Shown here piece by piece: positions 26,001 to 39,400 of a stretch of 64,000 nt of DNA. Source of the stretch: Eledone cirrhosa (taxonomy: Eukaryota); the NCBI GenBank assembly GCA_964016885.1, contig OZ024744.1:106454001-106518000 (forward strand). Direction: 5' to 3'. The translations under genes were made by a program, and so were the position numbers. Below the pieces are notes generated by a model that was not told the DNA's origin, did no database searches, and saw only the letters and a program-made list of their open reading frames with translations. Each line of letters opens with the position of its first letter. Position 1 is the first letter of the stretch.

Positions 26001-29000
26001 TTTGATAGCTGGATGTTATTACTGGTATATTGCTATAGTTACCATGAGGTCCTTGTGATGGCAATGTTTGGTAGCGAGATGTTATTACTGGTATATTGCT
26101 ATAGTTACCATGGGGTCCTTGTGATGGCAATGTTTGGTAGCTGGATGTTATTACTGGTATATTGCTATAGTTACCATGGGGTCCTTGTGATGGCAATGTT
26201 TGGTAGCTGGATGTTATTACTGGTATATTGCTATAGTTACCATGAGGTCCTTGTGATGGCAATGTTTGGTAGCTGGCTGTTATTACTGGTATATTGCTAT
26301 AGTTACCATGAGGTCCTTGTGATGGCAATGTTTGGTAGCTGGCTGTTATTACTGGTATATTGCTATAGTTACCATGAGGTCCTTGTGATGGCAATGTTTG
26401 GTAGCTGGATGTTATTACTGGTATATTGCTATAGTTACCATGGGGTCCTTGTGATGGCAATGTTTGGTAGCTCGATGTTATTACTGGTATATTGCTATAG
26501 TTACCATGGGGTCCTTGTGATGGCAATGTTTGGTAGCTGGCTGTTATTACTGGTATATTGCTATAGTTACCATGAGGTCCTTGTGATGGCAATGTTTGAT
26601 AGCTGGATGTTATTACTGGTATATTGCTATAGTTACCATGAGGTCCTTGTGATGGCAATGTTTGGTAGTTGGATGTTATTACTGGTATATTGCTATAGTT
26701 ACCATGAGATCCTTGTGATAGCAATGTTTGGTAGCTGGATGTTATTACTGGTATATTGCTATAGTTACCATGGGGTCCTTGTGATGGCAATGTTTGATAG
26801 TTGGATGTTATTACTGGTATATTGCTATAGTTACCATGGGGTCCTTGTGATGGCAATGTTTGGTAGCTCGATGTTATTACTGGTATATTGCTATAGTTAC
26901 CATGAGGTCCTTGTGATGGCAATGTTTGGTAGCTGGATGTTATTACTGGTATATTGCTATAGTTACCATGAGGTCCTTGTGATGGCAATGTTTGGTAGCT
27001 CGATGTTATTACTGGTATATTGCTATAGTTACCATGAGGTCCTTGTGATGGCAATGTTTGATAGCTGGATGTTATTACTGGTATATTGCTATAGTTACCA
27101 TGAGGTCCTTGTGATGGCAATGTTTGATAGCTGGATGTTATTACTGGTATATTGCTATAGTTACCATGAGGTCCTTGTGATGGCAATGTTTGGTAGCTGG
27201 CTGTTATTACTGGTATATTGCTATAGTTACCATGAGGTCCTTGTGATGGCAATGTTTGGTAGCTGGATGTTATTACTGGTATATTGCTATAGTTACCATG
27301 GGGTCCTTGTGATGGCAATGTTTGGTAGCTCGATGTTATTACTGGTATATTGCTATAGTTACCATGGGGTCCTTGTGATGGCAATGTTTGGTAGCTGGCT
27401 GTTATTACTGGTATATTGCTATAGTTACCATGAGGTCCTTGTGATGGCAATGTTTGATAGCTGGATGTTATTACTGGTATATTGCTATAGTTACCATGAG
27501 GTCCTTGTGATGGCAATGTTTGGTAGTTGGATGTTATTACTGGTATATTGCTATAGTTACCATGAGATCCTTGTGATAGCAATGTTTGGTAGCTGGATGT
27601 TATTACTGGTATATTGCTATAGTTACCATGGGGTCCTTGTGATGGCAATGTTTGATAGTTGGATGTTATTACTGGTATATTGCTATAGTTACCATGGGGT
27701 CCTTGTGATGGCAATGTTTGGTAGCTGGATGTTATTACTGGTATATTGCTATAGTTACCATGAGGTCCTTGTGATGGCAATGTTTGATAGCTGGATGTTA
27801 TTACTGGTATATTGCTATAGTTACCATGAGGTCCTTGTGATGGCAATGTTTGATAGCTGGATGTTATTACTGGTATATTGCTATAGTTACCATGGGGTCC
27901 TTGTGATGGCAATGTTTGATAGCTGGATGTTATTACTGGTATATTGCTATAGTTACCATGAGGTCCTTGTGATGGCAATGTTTGGTAGCTGGCTGTTATT
28001 ACTGGTATATTGCTATAGTTACCATGAGGTCCTTGTGATGGCAATGTTTGGTAGCTGGATGTTATTACTGGTATATTGCTATAGTTACCATGAGGTCCTT
28101 GTGATGGCAATGTTTGGTAGTTGGATGTTATTACTGGTATATTGCTATAGTTACCATGAGGTCCTTGTGATGGCAATGTCTGATAGCTGGATGTTATTAC
28201 TGGTATATTGCTATAGTTACCATGAGGTCCTTGTGATGGCAATGTTTGGTAGCTCGATGTTATTACTGGTATATTGCTATAGTTACCATGAGGTCCTTGT
28301 GATGGCAATGTTTGGTAGCTGGATGTTATTACTGGTATATTGCTATAGTTACCATGAGGTCCTTGTGATGGCAATGTTTGGTAGCTGGCTGTTATTACTG
28401 GTATATTGCTATAGTTACCATGGGGTCCTTGTGATGGCAATGTCTGGTAGCTGGATGTTATTACTGGTATATTGCTATAGTTACCATGAGGTCCTTGTGA
28501 TGGCAATGTTTGGTAGCTGGATGTTATTACTGGTATATTGCTATAGTTACCATGGGGTCCTTGTGATGGCAATGTCTGATAGCTGGATGTTATTACTGGT
28601 ATATTGCTATAGTTACCATGAGGTCCTTGTGATGGCAATGTTTGGTAGCTGGATGTTATTACTGGTATATTGCTATAGTTACCATGGGGTCCTTGTGATG
28701 GCAATGTCTGGTAGCTGGATGTTATTACTGGTATATTGCTATAGTTACCATGAGGTCCTTGTGATGGCAATGTTTGGTAGTTGGATGTTATTACTGGTAT
28801 ATTGCTATAGTTACCATGAGGTCCTTGTGATGGCAATGTTTGGTAGTTGGATGTTATTACTGGTATATTGCTATAGTTACCATGGGGTCCTTGTGATGGC
28901 AATGTTTGGTAGCTCGATGTTATTACTGGTATATTGCTATAGTTACCATGAGGTCCTTGTGATGGCAATGTTTGGTAGCTGGATGTTATTACTGGTATAT

Positions 29001-32000
29001 TGCTATAGTTACCATGAGGTCCTTGTGATGGCAATGTTTGGTAGCTGGCTGTTATTACTGGTATATTGCTATAGTTACCATGGGGTCCTTGTGATGGCAA
29101 TGTCTGGTAGCTGGATGTTATTACTGGTATATTGCTATAGTTACCATGAGGTCCTTGTGATGGCAATGTTTGGTAGCTGGATGTTATTACTGGTATATTG
29201 CTATAGTTACCATGGGGTCCTTGTGATGGCAATGTTTGGTAGTTGGCTGTTATTACTGGTATATTGCTATAGTTACCATGAGGTCCTTGTGATGGCAATG
29301 TTTGGTAGTTGGATGTTATTACTGGTATATTGCTATAGTTACCATGAGGTCCTTGTGATGGCAATGTTTGATAGCTGGATGTTATTACTGGTATATTGCT
29401 ATAGTTACCATGAGGTCCTTGTGATGGCAATGTTTGGTAGTTGGATGTTATTACTGGTATATTGCTATAGTTACCATGAGGTCCTTGTGATGGCAATGTT
29501 TGGTAGTTGGATGTTATTACTGGTATATTGCTATAGTTACCATGAGGTCCTTGTGATGGCAATGTCTGATAGCTGGATGTTATTACTGGTATATTGCTAT
29601 AGTTACCATGAGGTCCTTGTGATGGCAATGTTTGATAGCTGGATGTTATTACTGGTATATTGCTATAGTTACCATGAGGTCCTTGTGATGGCAATGTTTG
29701 ATAGCTGGATGTTATTACTGGTATATTGCTATAGTTACCATGAGGTCCTTGTGATGGCAATGTTTGGTAGTTGGATGTTATTACTGGTATATTGCTATAG
29801 TTACCATGAGGTCCTTGTGATGGCAATGTTTGGTAGCTGGCTGTTATTACTGGTATATTGCTATAGTTACCATGAGGTCCTTGTGATGGCAATGTTTGGT
29901 AGTTGGATGTTATTACTGGTATATTGCTATAGTTACCATGAGGTCCTTGTGATGGCAATGTTTGGTAGTTGGATGTTATTACTGGTATATTGCTATAGTT
30001 ACCATGAGGTCCTTGTGATGGCAATGTTTGGTAGCTGGATGTTATTACTGGTATATTGCTATAGTTACCATGAGGTCCTTGTGATGGCAATGTTTGGTAG
30101 TTGGATGTTATTACTGGTATATTGCTATAGTTACCATGGGGTCCTTGTGATGGCAATGTTTGGTAGCTGGATGTTATTACTGGTATATTGCTATAGTTAC
30201 CATGGGGTCCTTGTGATGGCAATGTTTGGTAGTTGGATGTTATTACTGGTATATTGCTATAGTTACCATGGGGTCCTTGTGATGGCAATGTTTGGTAGCT
30301 GGATGTTATTACTGGTATATTGCTATAGTTACCATGAGGTCCTTGTGATGGCAATGTTAGGTAGTTGGATGTTATTACTGGTATATTGCTATAGTTACCA
30401 TGAGGTCCTTGTGATGGCAATGTTTGGTAGTTGGATGTTATTACTGGTATATTGCTATAGTTACCATGAGGTCCTTGTGATGGCAATGTTAGGTAGTTGG
30501 ATGTTATTACTGGTATATTGCTATAGTTACCATGAGGTCCTTGTGATGGCAATGTTAGGTAGTTGGATGTTATTACTGGTATATTGCTATAGTTACCATG
30601 AGGTCCTTGTGATGGCAATGTTTGGTAGTTGGATGTTATTACTGGTATATTGCTATAGTTACCATGGGGTCCTTGTGATGGCAATGTTTGATAGCTGGAT
30701 GTTATTACTGGTATATTGCTATAGTTACCATGAGATCCTTGTGATGGCAATGTTTGGTAGTTGGATGTTATTACTGGTATATTGCTATAGTTACCATGAG
30801 GTCCTTGTGATGGCAATGTTTGGTAGCTGGCTGTTATTACTGGTATATTGCTATAGTTACCATGAGGTCCTTGTGATGGCAATGTTTGGTAGCTGGATGT
30901 TATTACTGGTATATTGCTATAGTTACCATGAGGTCCTTGTGATGGCAATGTTTGGTAGCTGGATGTTATTACTGGTATATTGCTATAGTTACCATGGGGT
31001 CCTTGTGATGGCAATGTCTGATAGCTGGATGTTATTACTGGTATATTGCTATAGTTACCATGGGGTCCTTGTGATGGCAATGTCTGATAGCTGGATGTTA
31101 TTACTGCTATATTGCTATAGTTACCATGGGGTCCTTGTGATAGCAATGTTAGGTAGCTGGATGTTATTACTGGTATATTGCTATAGTTACCATGGGGTCC
31201 TTGTGATGGCAATGTCTGATAGCTGGATGTTATTACTGGTATATTGCTATAGTTACCATGGGGTCCTTGTGATAGCAATGTTAGGTAGCTGGATGTTATT
31301 ACTGGTATATTGCTATAGTTACCATGAGGTCCTTGTGATGGCAATGTTTGGTAGTTGGATGTTATTACTGGTATATTGCTATAGTTACCATGGGGTCCTT
31401 GTGATGGCAATGTTTGGTAGTTGGATGTTATTACTGGTATATTGCTATAGTTACCATGGGGTCCTTGTGATGGCAATGTTTGGTAGCTGGATGTTATTAC
31501 TGGTATATTGCTATAGTTACCATGAGGTCCTTGTGATGGCAATGTTTGGTAGTTGGATGTTATTACTGGTATATTGCTATAGTTACCATGGGGTCCTTGT
31601 GATGGCAATGTTTGGTAGTTGGATGTTATTACTGGTATATTGCTATAGTTACCATGGGGTCCTTGTGATGGCAATGTTTGGTAGTTGGATGTTATTACTG
31701 GTATATTGCTATAGTTACCATGAGGTCCTTGTGATGGCAATGTTTGGTAGTTGGATGTTATTACTGGTATATTGCTATAGTTACCATGGGGTCCTTGTGA
31801 TGGCAATGTTTGGTAGTTGGATGTTATTACTGGTATATTGCTATAGTTACCATGGGGTCCTTGTGATGGCAATGTTTGGTAGTTGGATGTTATTACTGGT
31901 ATATTGCTATAGTTACCATGGGGTCCTTGTGATGGCAATGTTTGGTAGTTGGATGTTATTACTGGTATATTGCTATAGTTACCATGGGGTCCTTGTGATG

Positions 32001-32693
32001 GCAATGTTTGGTAGTTGGATGTTATTACTGGTATATTGCTATAGTTACCATGGGGTCCTTGTGATGGCAATGTTTGGTAGTTGGATGTTATTACTGGTAT
32101 ATTGCTATAGTTACCATGGGGTCCTTGTGATGGCAATGTTTGATAGCTGGATGTTATTACTGGTATATTGCTATAGTTACCATGAGGTCCTTGTGATGGC
32201 AATGTTTGGTAGTTGGATGTTATTACTGGTATATTGCTATAGTTACCATGAGGTCCTTGTGATGGCAATGTTTGGTAGTTGGATGTTATTACTGGTATAT
32301 TGCTATAGTTACCATGAGGTCCTTGTGATGGCAATGTCTGGTAGCTGGATGTTATTACTGGTATATTGCTATAGTTACCATGAGGTCCTTGTGATGGCAA
32401 TGTTTGGTAGTTGGATGTTATTACTGGTATATTGCTATAGTTACCATGAGGTCCTTGTGATGGCAATGTCTGGTAGCTGGATGTTATTACTGGTATATTG
32501 CTATAGTTACCATGAGGTCCTTGTGATGGCAATGTTTGGTAGTTGGATGTTATTACTGGTATATTGCTATAGTTACCATGAGGTCCTTGTGATGGCAATG
32601 TCTGGTAGCTGGATGTTATTACTGGTATATTGCTATAGTTACCATGAGGTCCTTGTGATGGCAATGTTAGGTAGTTGGATGTTATTACTGGTA
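17071..32693. repeat. 66-bp tandem array, ~237 copies, without frameshifting indels
   Basis: Unit CATGAGGTCCTTGTGATGGCAATGTTTGATAGCTGGATGTTATTACTGGTATATTGCTATAGTTAC. It is open on both strands (5211 and 5213 aa ORFs). Confidence 0.98.
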
Positions 32694-33296
32694 CCATCTA
32701 TTTTAGTCGAATTTAGGTAAAAATGGCACTAGTGGAAAAATAGGTAAAAAGTGGTGTTGGTGGTGGTAGTAGTAGTGGTGGGGTAGTCATGGCTGTGTAG
32801 TAGTGGTGGTAGCCATAGTTCTAGTTGAAGTAGTAGAAGTAGTAATATTATTACTACTACTACTACCACCACCATCACTACCACTTGTGCCATTTTTACC
32901 GTTTACCATTTTAGTCACTTCTTATAACATCCAGAGATATGACATACTTACTCCAAACTGTATACAATCGTTTTTTTTTTAGTTGTTTTTTTACTAAAAT
33001 GGTGAGAGAGAAGCTTGGTATGAAGCCAGCAAGGTTAACACCCAGATTCGGCAGCTAAGATGGTCTTAAAACATTTATTGTTACACATATGTAAAAATAA
33101 ACATCACATCTTACTCAGTTTATTGAGATCACTTTTCACCACCTCCACCCTATGTAAAATGGTAGTGCTACTGACATTATAACATGTACCGGTGCACTCT
33201 GTAAAGTGGTTGTGATTGTACCCTAATAAAATACACCTAAAATACTTTGTAGATATTACATATTTCATTTATAAAGCAATGGGATATACACCAGTA

Positions 33297-33660
33297 TTAA
33301 TAATCGTTTCTACTTTTGGCACAAGGCAAGCAATTACTCCAGTGCATTACTGGTTTATCGAACCTGTAAGGATCAAAGGCAAAGTTAACCTCAGCGGGAT
33401 TTGAACTCAGACCGTAAAAGGCAGTAACTCTATGCTGCATGGCGTCCAACCCTCCACCACAGTATTAATAATAATTGTTTATACTTTTTGCACAAGGCCA
33501 GCAAATACCCAGTGAATTACTGGTACTTTATTTTATCGACCCCGTAAGGATGAAAGGCAAAGTTAACTTCGGCGGAATTTGAACTCAAACCATAAAGGGC
33601 CGTAACTCTTTGCTGCAAAGCATAGCGTCAGACCGTCTACCGATACTGCCAATCCACTGT
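33297..33660 (-). mobile_element. Two head-to-tail SINE family B copies
   Basis: Two successive reverse-strand copies, each with GGATGAAAGGCAAAGTTAAC...GAACTCA on the + strand. Confidence 0.8.
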
Positions 33661-33709
33661 ACCAATATATATAGGTCATGTTAACCTATATAAATGTTCA
33701 CAAAGAGGA

Positions 33710-35135
33710 TTGGGCGTATTTTATTATAATACTATCTATTTCACTTTACAGAGTGTACTGGGTGTATTTTATCATGACACCAAGACTATCACTTTACAGA
33801 GTGTACTGGGTGTATTTTATCATGACACCAACACTATCACTTTACAGAGTGTACTGGGTGTATTTTATCATGACACCAACACTACCGCTTTACAGAATGT
33901 ACTGGGTGTATTTTATTGTAGCACCACCACTACCACATTACAGAGTCTACTGGGTGTATTTTATCATGACACCACCACTACCACATTACAGAGTGTACTG
34001 GGTGTATTTTATCATGACACCAACACTACCACTTTACAGAGTGTACTGGGTGTATTTTATCATGACACTAGCACTATCACTTTACAGACTGTACTGGGTG
34101 TATTTTATCATGACACCAACACTACCACTTTACAGAGTGTACTGGGTGTATTTTATCATGACGCCAACATTATCACTTTACAGAGTGTACTGGGTGTATT
34201 TTATTGACACCAACACTACCACTTTACAGAGTGTACTGGGTGTATTTTATCATGACACCAACACTAACACTTTACAGAGTGTACTGGGTGTATTTTATCA
34301 TGACACCACCACCACCACTTTACAGAGTGTACTGGGTGTATTTTATTGTGACACCACCACTACCACTTTACAGAGTGTACTGGGTATATTTTATCATGAC
34401 ACTAGCACTATCACTTTACAGAGTGTACTGGGTGTATTTTATCATGACACCAACACTACCACTTTACAGAGTGTACTGGGTGTATTTTATCATGACGCCA
34501 ACATTATCACTTTACAGAGTGTACTGGGTGTATTTTATTGTGACACCAACACTACCACTTTACAGAGTGTACTGGGTGTATTTTATCATGACACCAACAC
34601 TACCACTTTACAGAGTGTACTGGGTGTATTTTATCATGACGCCAACATTATCACTTTACAGAGTGTACTGGGTGTATTTTATTGTGACACCAACACTACC
34701 ACTTTACAGAGTGTACTGGGTGTATTTTATCATGACGTCACCACCACCACTTTACAGACTGTACTGGGTGTATTTTATCATGACACCAACATTATCACTT
34801 TACAGAGTGTACAGGGTGTATTTTATTGTGACACCAACACTACCACTTTACGGAGTGTACTGGGTGTATTTTATTGAGACTGGATTGGCAATATCGTTAG
34901 AGGGTCGTTCTGAGTTCAAATCCCGTTGAGGTTTAACTTTGCCTTTCATCCTTACGGGGTCGATAAAATGAAGTACCAGTAATGCACTGGGATAATTGCT
35001 GGCCTTGTGCCAATAGTAGAAACAATTATTGAGACACCACCACTACCACTTTACAGAGTTTACTAGGTGTATTATATCATGACACTACCACTTTACAGAG
35101 TTGGGTGTATTTCATCATGACACTGCCACTTTATT
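33710..35135. repeat. 48-bp minisatellite (ACTTTACAGAGTGTACTGGGTGTATTTTATCATGACACCAACACTACC), SINE-derived
   Basis: Direct periodicity, interrupted by a SINE at 34881. Confidence 0.95.
34881..35030 (+). mobile_element. SINE family B inserted into the 48-bp array
   Basis: Internally deleted copy flanked by a TTATTGAGAC target-site duplication. Confidence 0.8.
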
Positions 35136-35264
35136 GAATAAGATGTGATGTTTATTTTTACATATGTATAACAACAACAAATGTTTTAAGACCATCTTTC
35201 CTGCTGAATCTGGGGGTTCACCTTGCTGGTCTCATATCAAGCTTCTCTATCATCTATATCACCC

Positions 35265-35885
35265 CTCACCAACCCTCTGGCTTTCATTTCCTTTTACACC
35301 ATTTTCAGCCAAGTCTTTGTTGGTCTGTCAATTCCTCTACTTCCTTCCACATTCATTTCCATCACTCCTCTCACCCAGTTACCTTCATCCTTCCTCAACA
35401 CATGAACTAACCATCTCATCATACTCAGCAATTCATTGGTATTCTTCTCATCCATTGGCCATTCTCATTTCTGTTATTGCCACTTCTTTATTTGCTGCTT
35501 TATAATGTTGATGAGCTTCCTGCTACCATATTCCTTGCCCTCTGCTATTCATTGAATCTTCCCCTTTTCTTATCAATCCTCTTTCCAACTTCATCATCCG
35601 TCGACCATGTTTCCAGATGTCTTGGTCCATCCACACACATCACCAGTAACTCCTAATAAACCGTCTTTGAAAGACTTCCTATCTCTCTCAACTTCATACT
35701 CAATTTCTCTATTAGTTTCCCTTAATGTTGCTTCTTTTAACATTCACACCTTCACCCTTGGTAAGATATTTCCTCATCTGAGCTCTCTTCTCAGCTCTCA
35801 GATCACAGACAATTAGATGGCCCTGTGTAACAACCTCCTTCCCCAGGGATTACCTTTATATCATGAAGGTTCCTTCCATCTCACC
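35265..35885 (-). mobile_element. Degenerate LINE remnant
   Basis: Homologous to 16540-17000 and continues into RT C-terminal-like sequence with many disablements. Confidence 0.5.
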
Positions 35886-35995
35886 CGTGTAGCCTCATTG
35901 TGAACGTTTATATAGGTTAACATGACCTATATATATATTTGTGTACTTATGCTTAAAGGACTAGAAGGGCGCTATCATTATTACCACCATTATAG

Positions 35996-36400
35996 GGGCG
36001 GTGGATTGGCAGTATCGGTAGAGGGTCGGACACCATGCTTTCCAGCATAGTTACGTCCCTTTACGGTCTGAGTTCAAATCCCGCCGAGGTTGACTTTGCC
36101 TTTCATCCTTACGGGGTCGATAAAATAAAGTACCAGTAATGTACTGGGTAATTGCTGGCCTTGTGCCAAAAGTAGACACAATTATTACCACCATTATAAT
36201 CATCATTATTGTTGGATTGGCAGTATCGGTAGAGGGTTGGACGCCATGCTTTCTAGTATAGTTACGTCTCGTTATGGTCTGAGTTCAAATCTTGTCGAGA
36301 TTAACTTTGCCTTTCATCCTTACGGGATCGATAAAATAAAGTACCAGTAATGTACTGGGTAATTTCTGGCCTTGTGCTAAAAGTAGAAACAACTATTAAT
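35996..36400 (+). mobile_element. Two head-to-tail SINE family B copies
   Basis: GGCGGTGGATTGGCAGTATCGGTAGAG heads. The first copy is flanked by an ATTATTACCACCATTATA duplication. Confidence 0.82.
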
Positions 36401-37057
36401 ACTGGTGTATAGCCCATTGTTTAATAGATATCTATGTTTTGTTTGTTTTTTCACAACATTCTAGCAAACTTATGTTTATAGATTGAATGTATATCATCAT
36501 CATTTTATGTCCAGTTGTGATGGTGATACAATAGGATACACCCAAAACGCTCTGTAAAGTGGGCGTAATGGTACTACAATAAAATACACCCAGTACACTC
36601 TGTAAAGTGAAATTGCTAGTATTGCAATAAAATGTACCCGATACATCCTGTAGAAGTGATGGTGCCACAATAAAATACAGCCAATACACTCTCTAAAGTG
36701 GGTGTGATACTGTCACAATAAAATACATCTAGTAGACTCTGTAAAGTGGTTGGCATTATCAAAGACAGCCATTGAAGCCATGCCAAAATACGGAATGTGT
36801 GTGCAAAATGTGTTATCCAAATTGTCTTGTGTCGGATCATAAAAACACACCCAACTCATTGCTGCAAGGAAAGCAAGTATAAGATGATAAAAACTAAAGT
36901 GTAACTTTTTTTTCTGACATTTTCTTCCTGGTTTTATTTCCATTGGCAACATGTAATACATGTAGGTATAGCCAGAATTTACAAGCCTATTTGTGAACAT
37001 TTATATAAGTTAACATGACCTATATATATTTGTGTGCTTATGCTCAAAGGACTAGAA

Positions 37058-37493
37058 CAGGGGTTGGCAACCTACAGCCCGTGAAGGGATTTTGACTGGC
37101 CCGCGAGAACTGATGCCCAATGAGTTGTTTATTTAAAATTTAAATTTATTGTAATATGAGAGACGAGATAATATCTTGCTCTTGGCATCAAGTTTGAATC
37201 TTTCAAGGAACACAGGACATCAAGTTTCCCATTCATTTTTTGGCTGCTATGTATTTTAAAGATTTTTTTAAACAAATAATTCCAACGGTGTCTTAAATTG
37301 AATAAATGATGTTTTTCCATTACTACATTCATCTCTGGTTAATACAAATTATTTTAAAGTATCGTCAACACTTGTGATTAAATTTTAGCTTGTGTAATTT
37401 TCCATAATTATTCTTTTATGGCCTTCGTCCGGCCCGCTATCCGTCATTAGTACTCAATCTGGCCCGTGGAGGCAAAGAAGTTGCCGACCTCTG
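37058..37493. mobile_element. hAT (Charlie-like) MITE
   Basis: TIRs CAGGGGTTGGCAAC / GTTGCCGACCTCTG and 8-bp TSD GACTAGAA/AACTAGAA. The empty paralogous site AAAGGACTAGAAGGGC lies at ~35956. Confidence 0.9.
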
Positions 37494-37835
37494 AACTAGA
37501 AGGGTGCCATCATTATCATCATCATTATTAATAGTGGTATAAAGTACCACTGTGTAATTGCTGGCCTTGTGCCAAAAGTAGAAACATTTATTAATAGTGG
37601 TATATAACCCATTGTTTTATAAATAGAATATCCAATGTTATAAGTTTTTTCACCACATTGTAGCAAACTTATGTTTCTAGATTGTATTTATATAATTGTC
37701 ATCATCATCATTTTATGTCCAGTTTCAATGTAGGCATGTGTTGGGTAGGTTGTCATAGTCCAAGAATCTCATTTTGCTCATTCATTCCAGATTTTGGCAT
37801 GACCTCTATGGCTGGTTGTCTTTCCTAATGCCAAC

Positions 37836-39400
37836 CACTTTACAGAGTGTACTGGGTATATTTTATTGTGGCACCAACACTACCACTTTACAGAGTGTAT
37901 TAGGTGTATTTTATTGTGGCACCAACACCACCACTTTACAAAGTCTACTGGGTGTATTTTATTGTAGCATCAACACTGCCACTTTACAGAGTGTACTAGG
38001 TGTATTTTATTGTGGCACCAACACTACCACTTTACAGAGTCTACTGGGTGTATTTTATTGTAGCATCAACACTATCACTTTACAGAGTCTACTGGGTGTA
38101 TTTTATTGTAGCATCAACACTACCACTTTACAGAGTGTACTAGGTGTATTTTATTGTGGCACCAACACCACCACTTTACAAAGTCTACTGGGTGTATTTT
38201 ATTGTAGCATCAACACTACCACTTTACAGAGTCTACAGGGTGTATTTTATTGTAGCATCAACACTACCACTTTACAGAGTGTACTAGGTGTATTTTATTG
38301 TGGCACCACTTTACAGAGTCTACTAGGTGTATTTTATTGTGGCACCAACACTACCACTTTACAGAGTCTACTGGGTGTATTTTATTGTAGCATCAACACT
38401 ACCACTTTACAGAGTGTACTAGGTGTATTTTATTGTGGCATCAACACTACCACTTTACAGAGTGTACTAGGTGTATTTTATTGTGGCACCAACACCACCA
38501 CTTTACAGAGTCTACTGGGTGTATTTTATTGTGGTACCAACACTACCACTTTACAGAGTGTAATGGGTGTATTTTATTGTGGCACCAACACCACCACTTT
38601 ACAGAGTCTACTGGGTGTATTTTATTGTGGCACCAACACTACCACTTTACAGAGTGTACTGGGTGTATTTTATTGTGGCACCAACACCACCACTTTACAG
38701 AGTCTACTGGGTGTATTTTATTGTGGTACCAACACTAACACTTTACAGAGTGTAATCGGTGTATTTTATTGTGATACCACCACTACCACTTTACAGAGTG
38801 TACTAGGTGTATTTTATTGTGGCACCAACACCACCACTTTACAGAGTCTACTGGGTGTATTTTATTGTAGCATCAACACTACCACTTTGCAGAGTGTACT
38901 AGGTGTATTTTATTGTGGGACCAACACCACCACTTTACAGAGTCTACTGGGTGTATTTTATTGTGGTACCAACACTACCACTTTACAGAGTGTAATCGGT
39001 GTATTTTATTGTGATACCACCACTACCACTTTACAGAGTGTACTAGGTGTATTTTATTGTGGCACCAACACCACCACTTTACAGAGTCTACTGGGTGTAT
39101 TTTATTGTAGCATCAACACTACCACTTTGCAGAGTGTACTAGGTGTATTTTATTGTGGCACCAACACTACCACTTTACAGAGTCTACTGGGTGTATTTTA
39201 TTGTGGTACCAACACTACCACTTTACAGAGTGTAATCGGTGTATTTTATTGTGATACCACCACTACCACTTTACAGAGTGTACTAGGTGTATTTTATTGT
39301 GGCACCAACACTACCACTTTACAGAGTCTACTAGGTGTATTTTATTGTGGCACCAACACTACCACTTTGCAGAGCGTACTGGGTGTATTTTATTGTAGTA
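37836..39400. repeat. 48-bp minisatellite, second array (…TATTGTGGCACCAACACTACC variant)
   Basis: Direct periodicity. It begins inside a degenerate SINE (CTATGGCTGG..TTCCTAATGCCAACCACTTTACAG). Confidence 0.95.

Noticed and set aside
17071-32693. CRISPR-like array (constant half plus variable half)
   Set aside because: The variable halves are point variants of one sequence, not unique spacers. There are no cas genes and the context is eukaryotic.
17079-32720. 5213-aa + strand ORF (MAMFDSWMLLLVYCYSYHEVLV)n
   Set aside because: It is a by-product of a stop-free 66-bp unit. The composition is implausible, nearly all variants are non-synonymous in this frame, and it lies in an intron of the same-strand gene.
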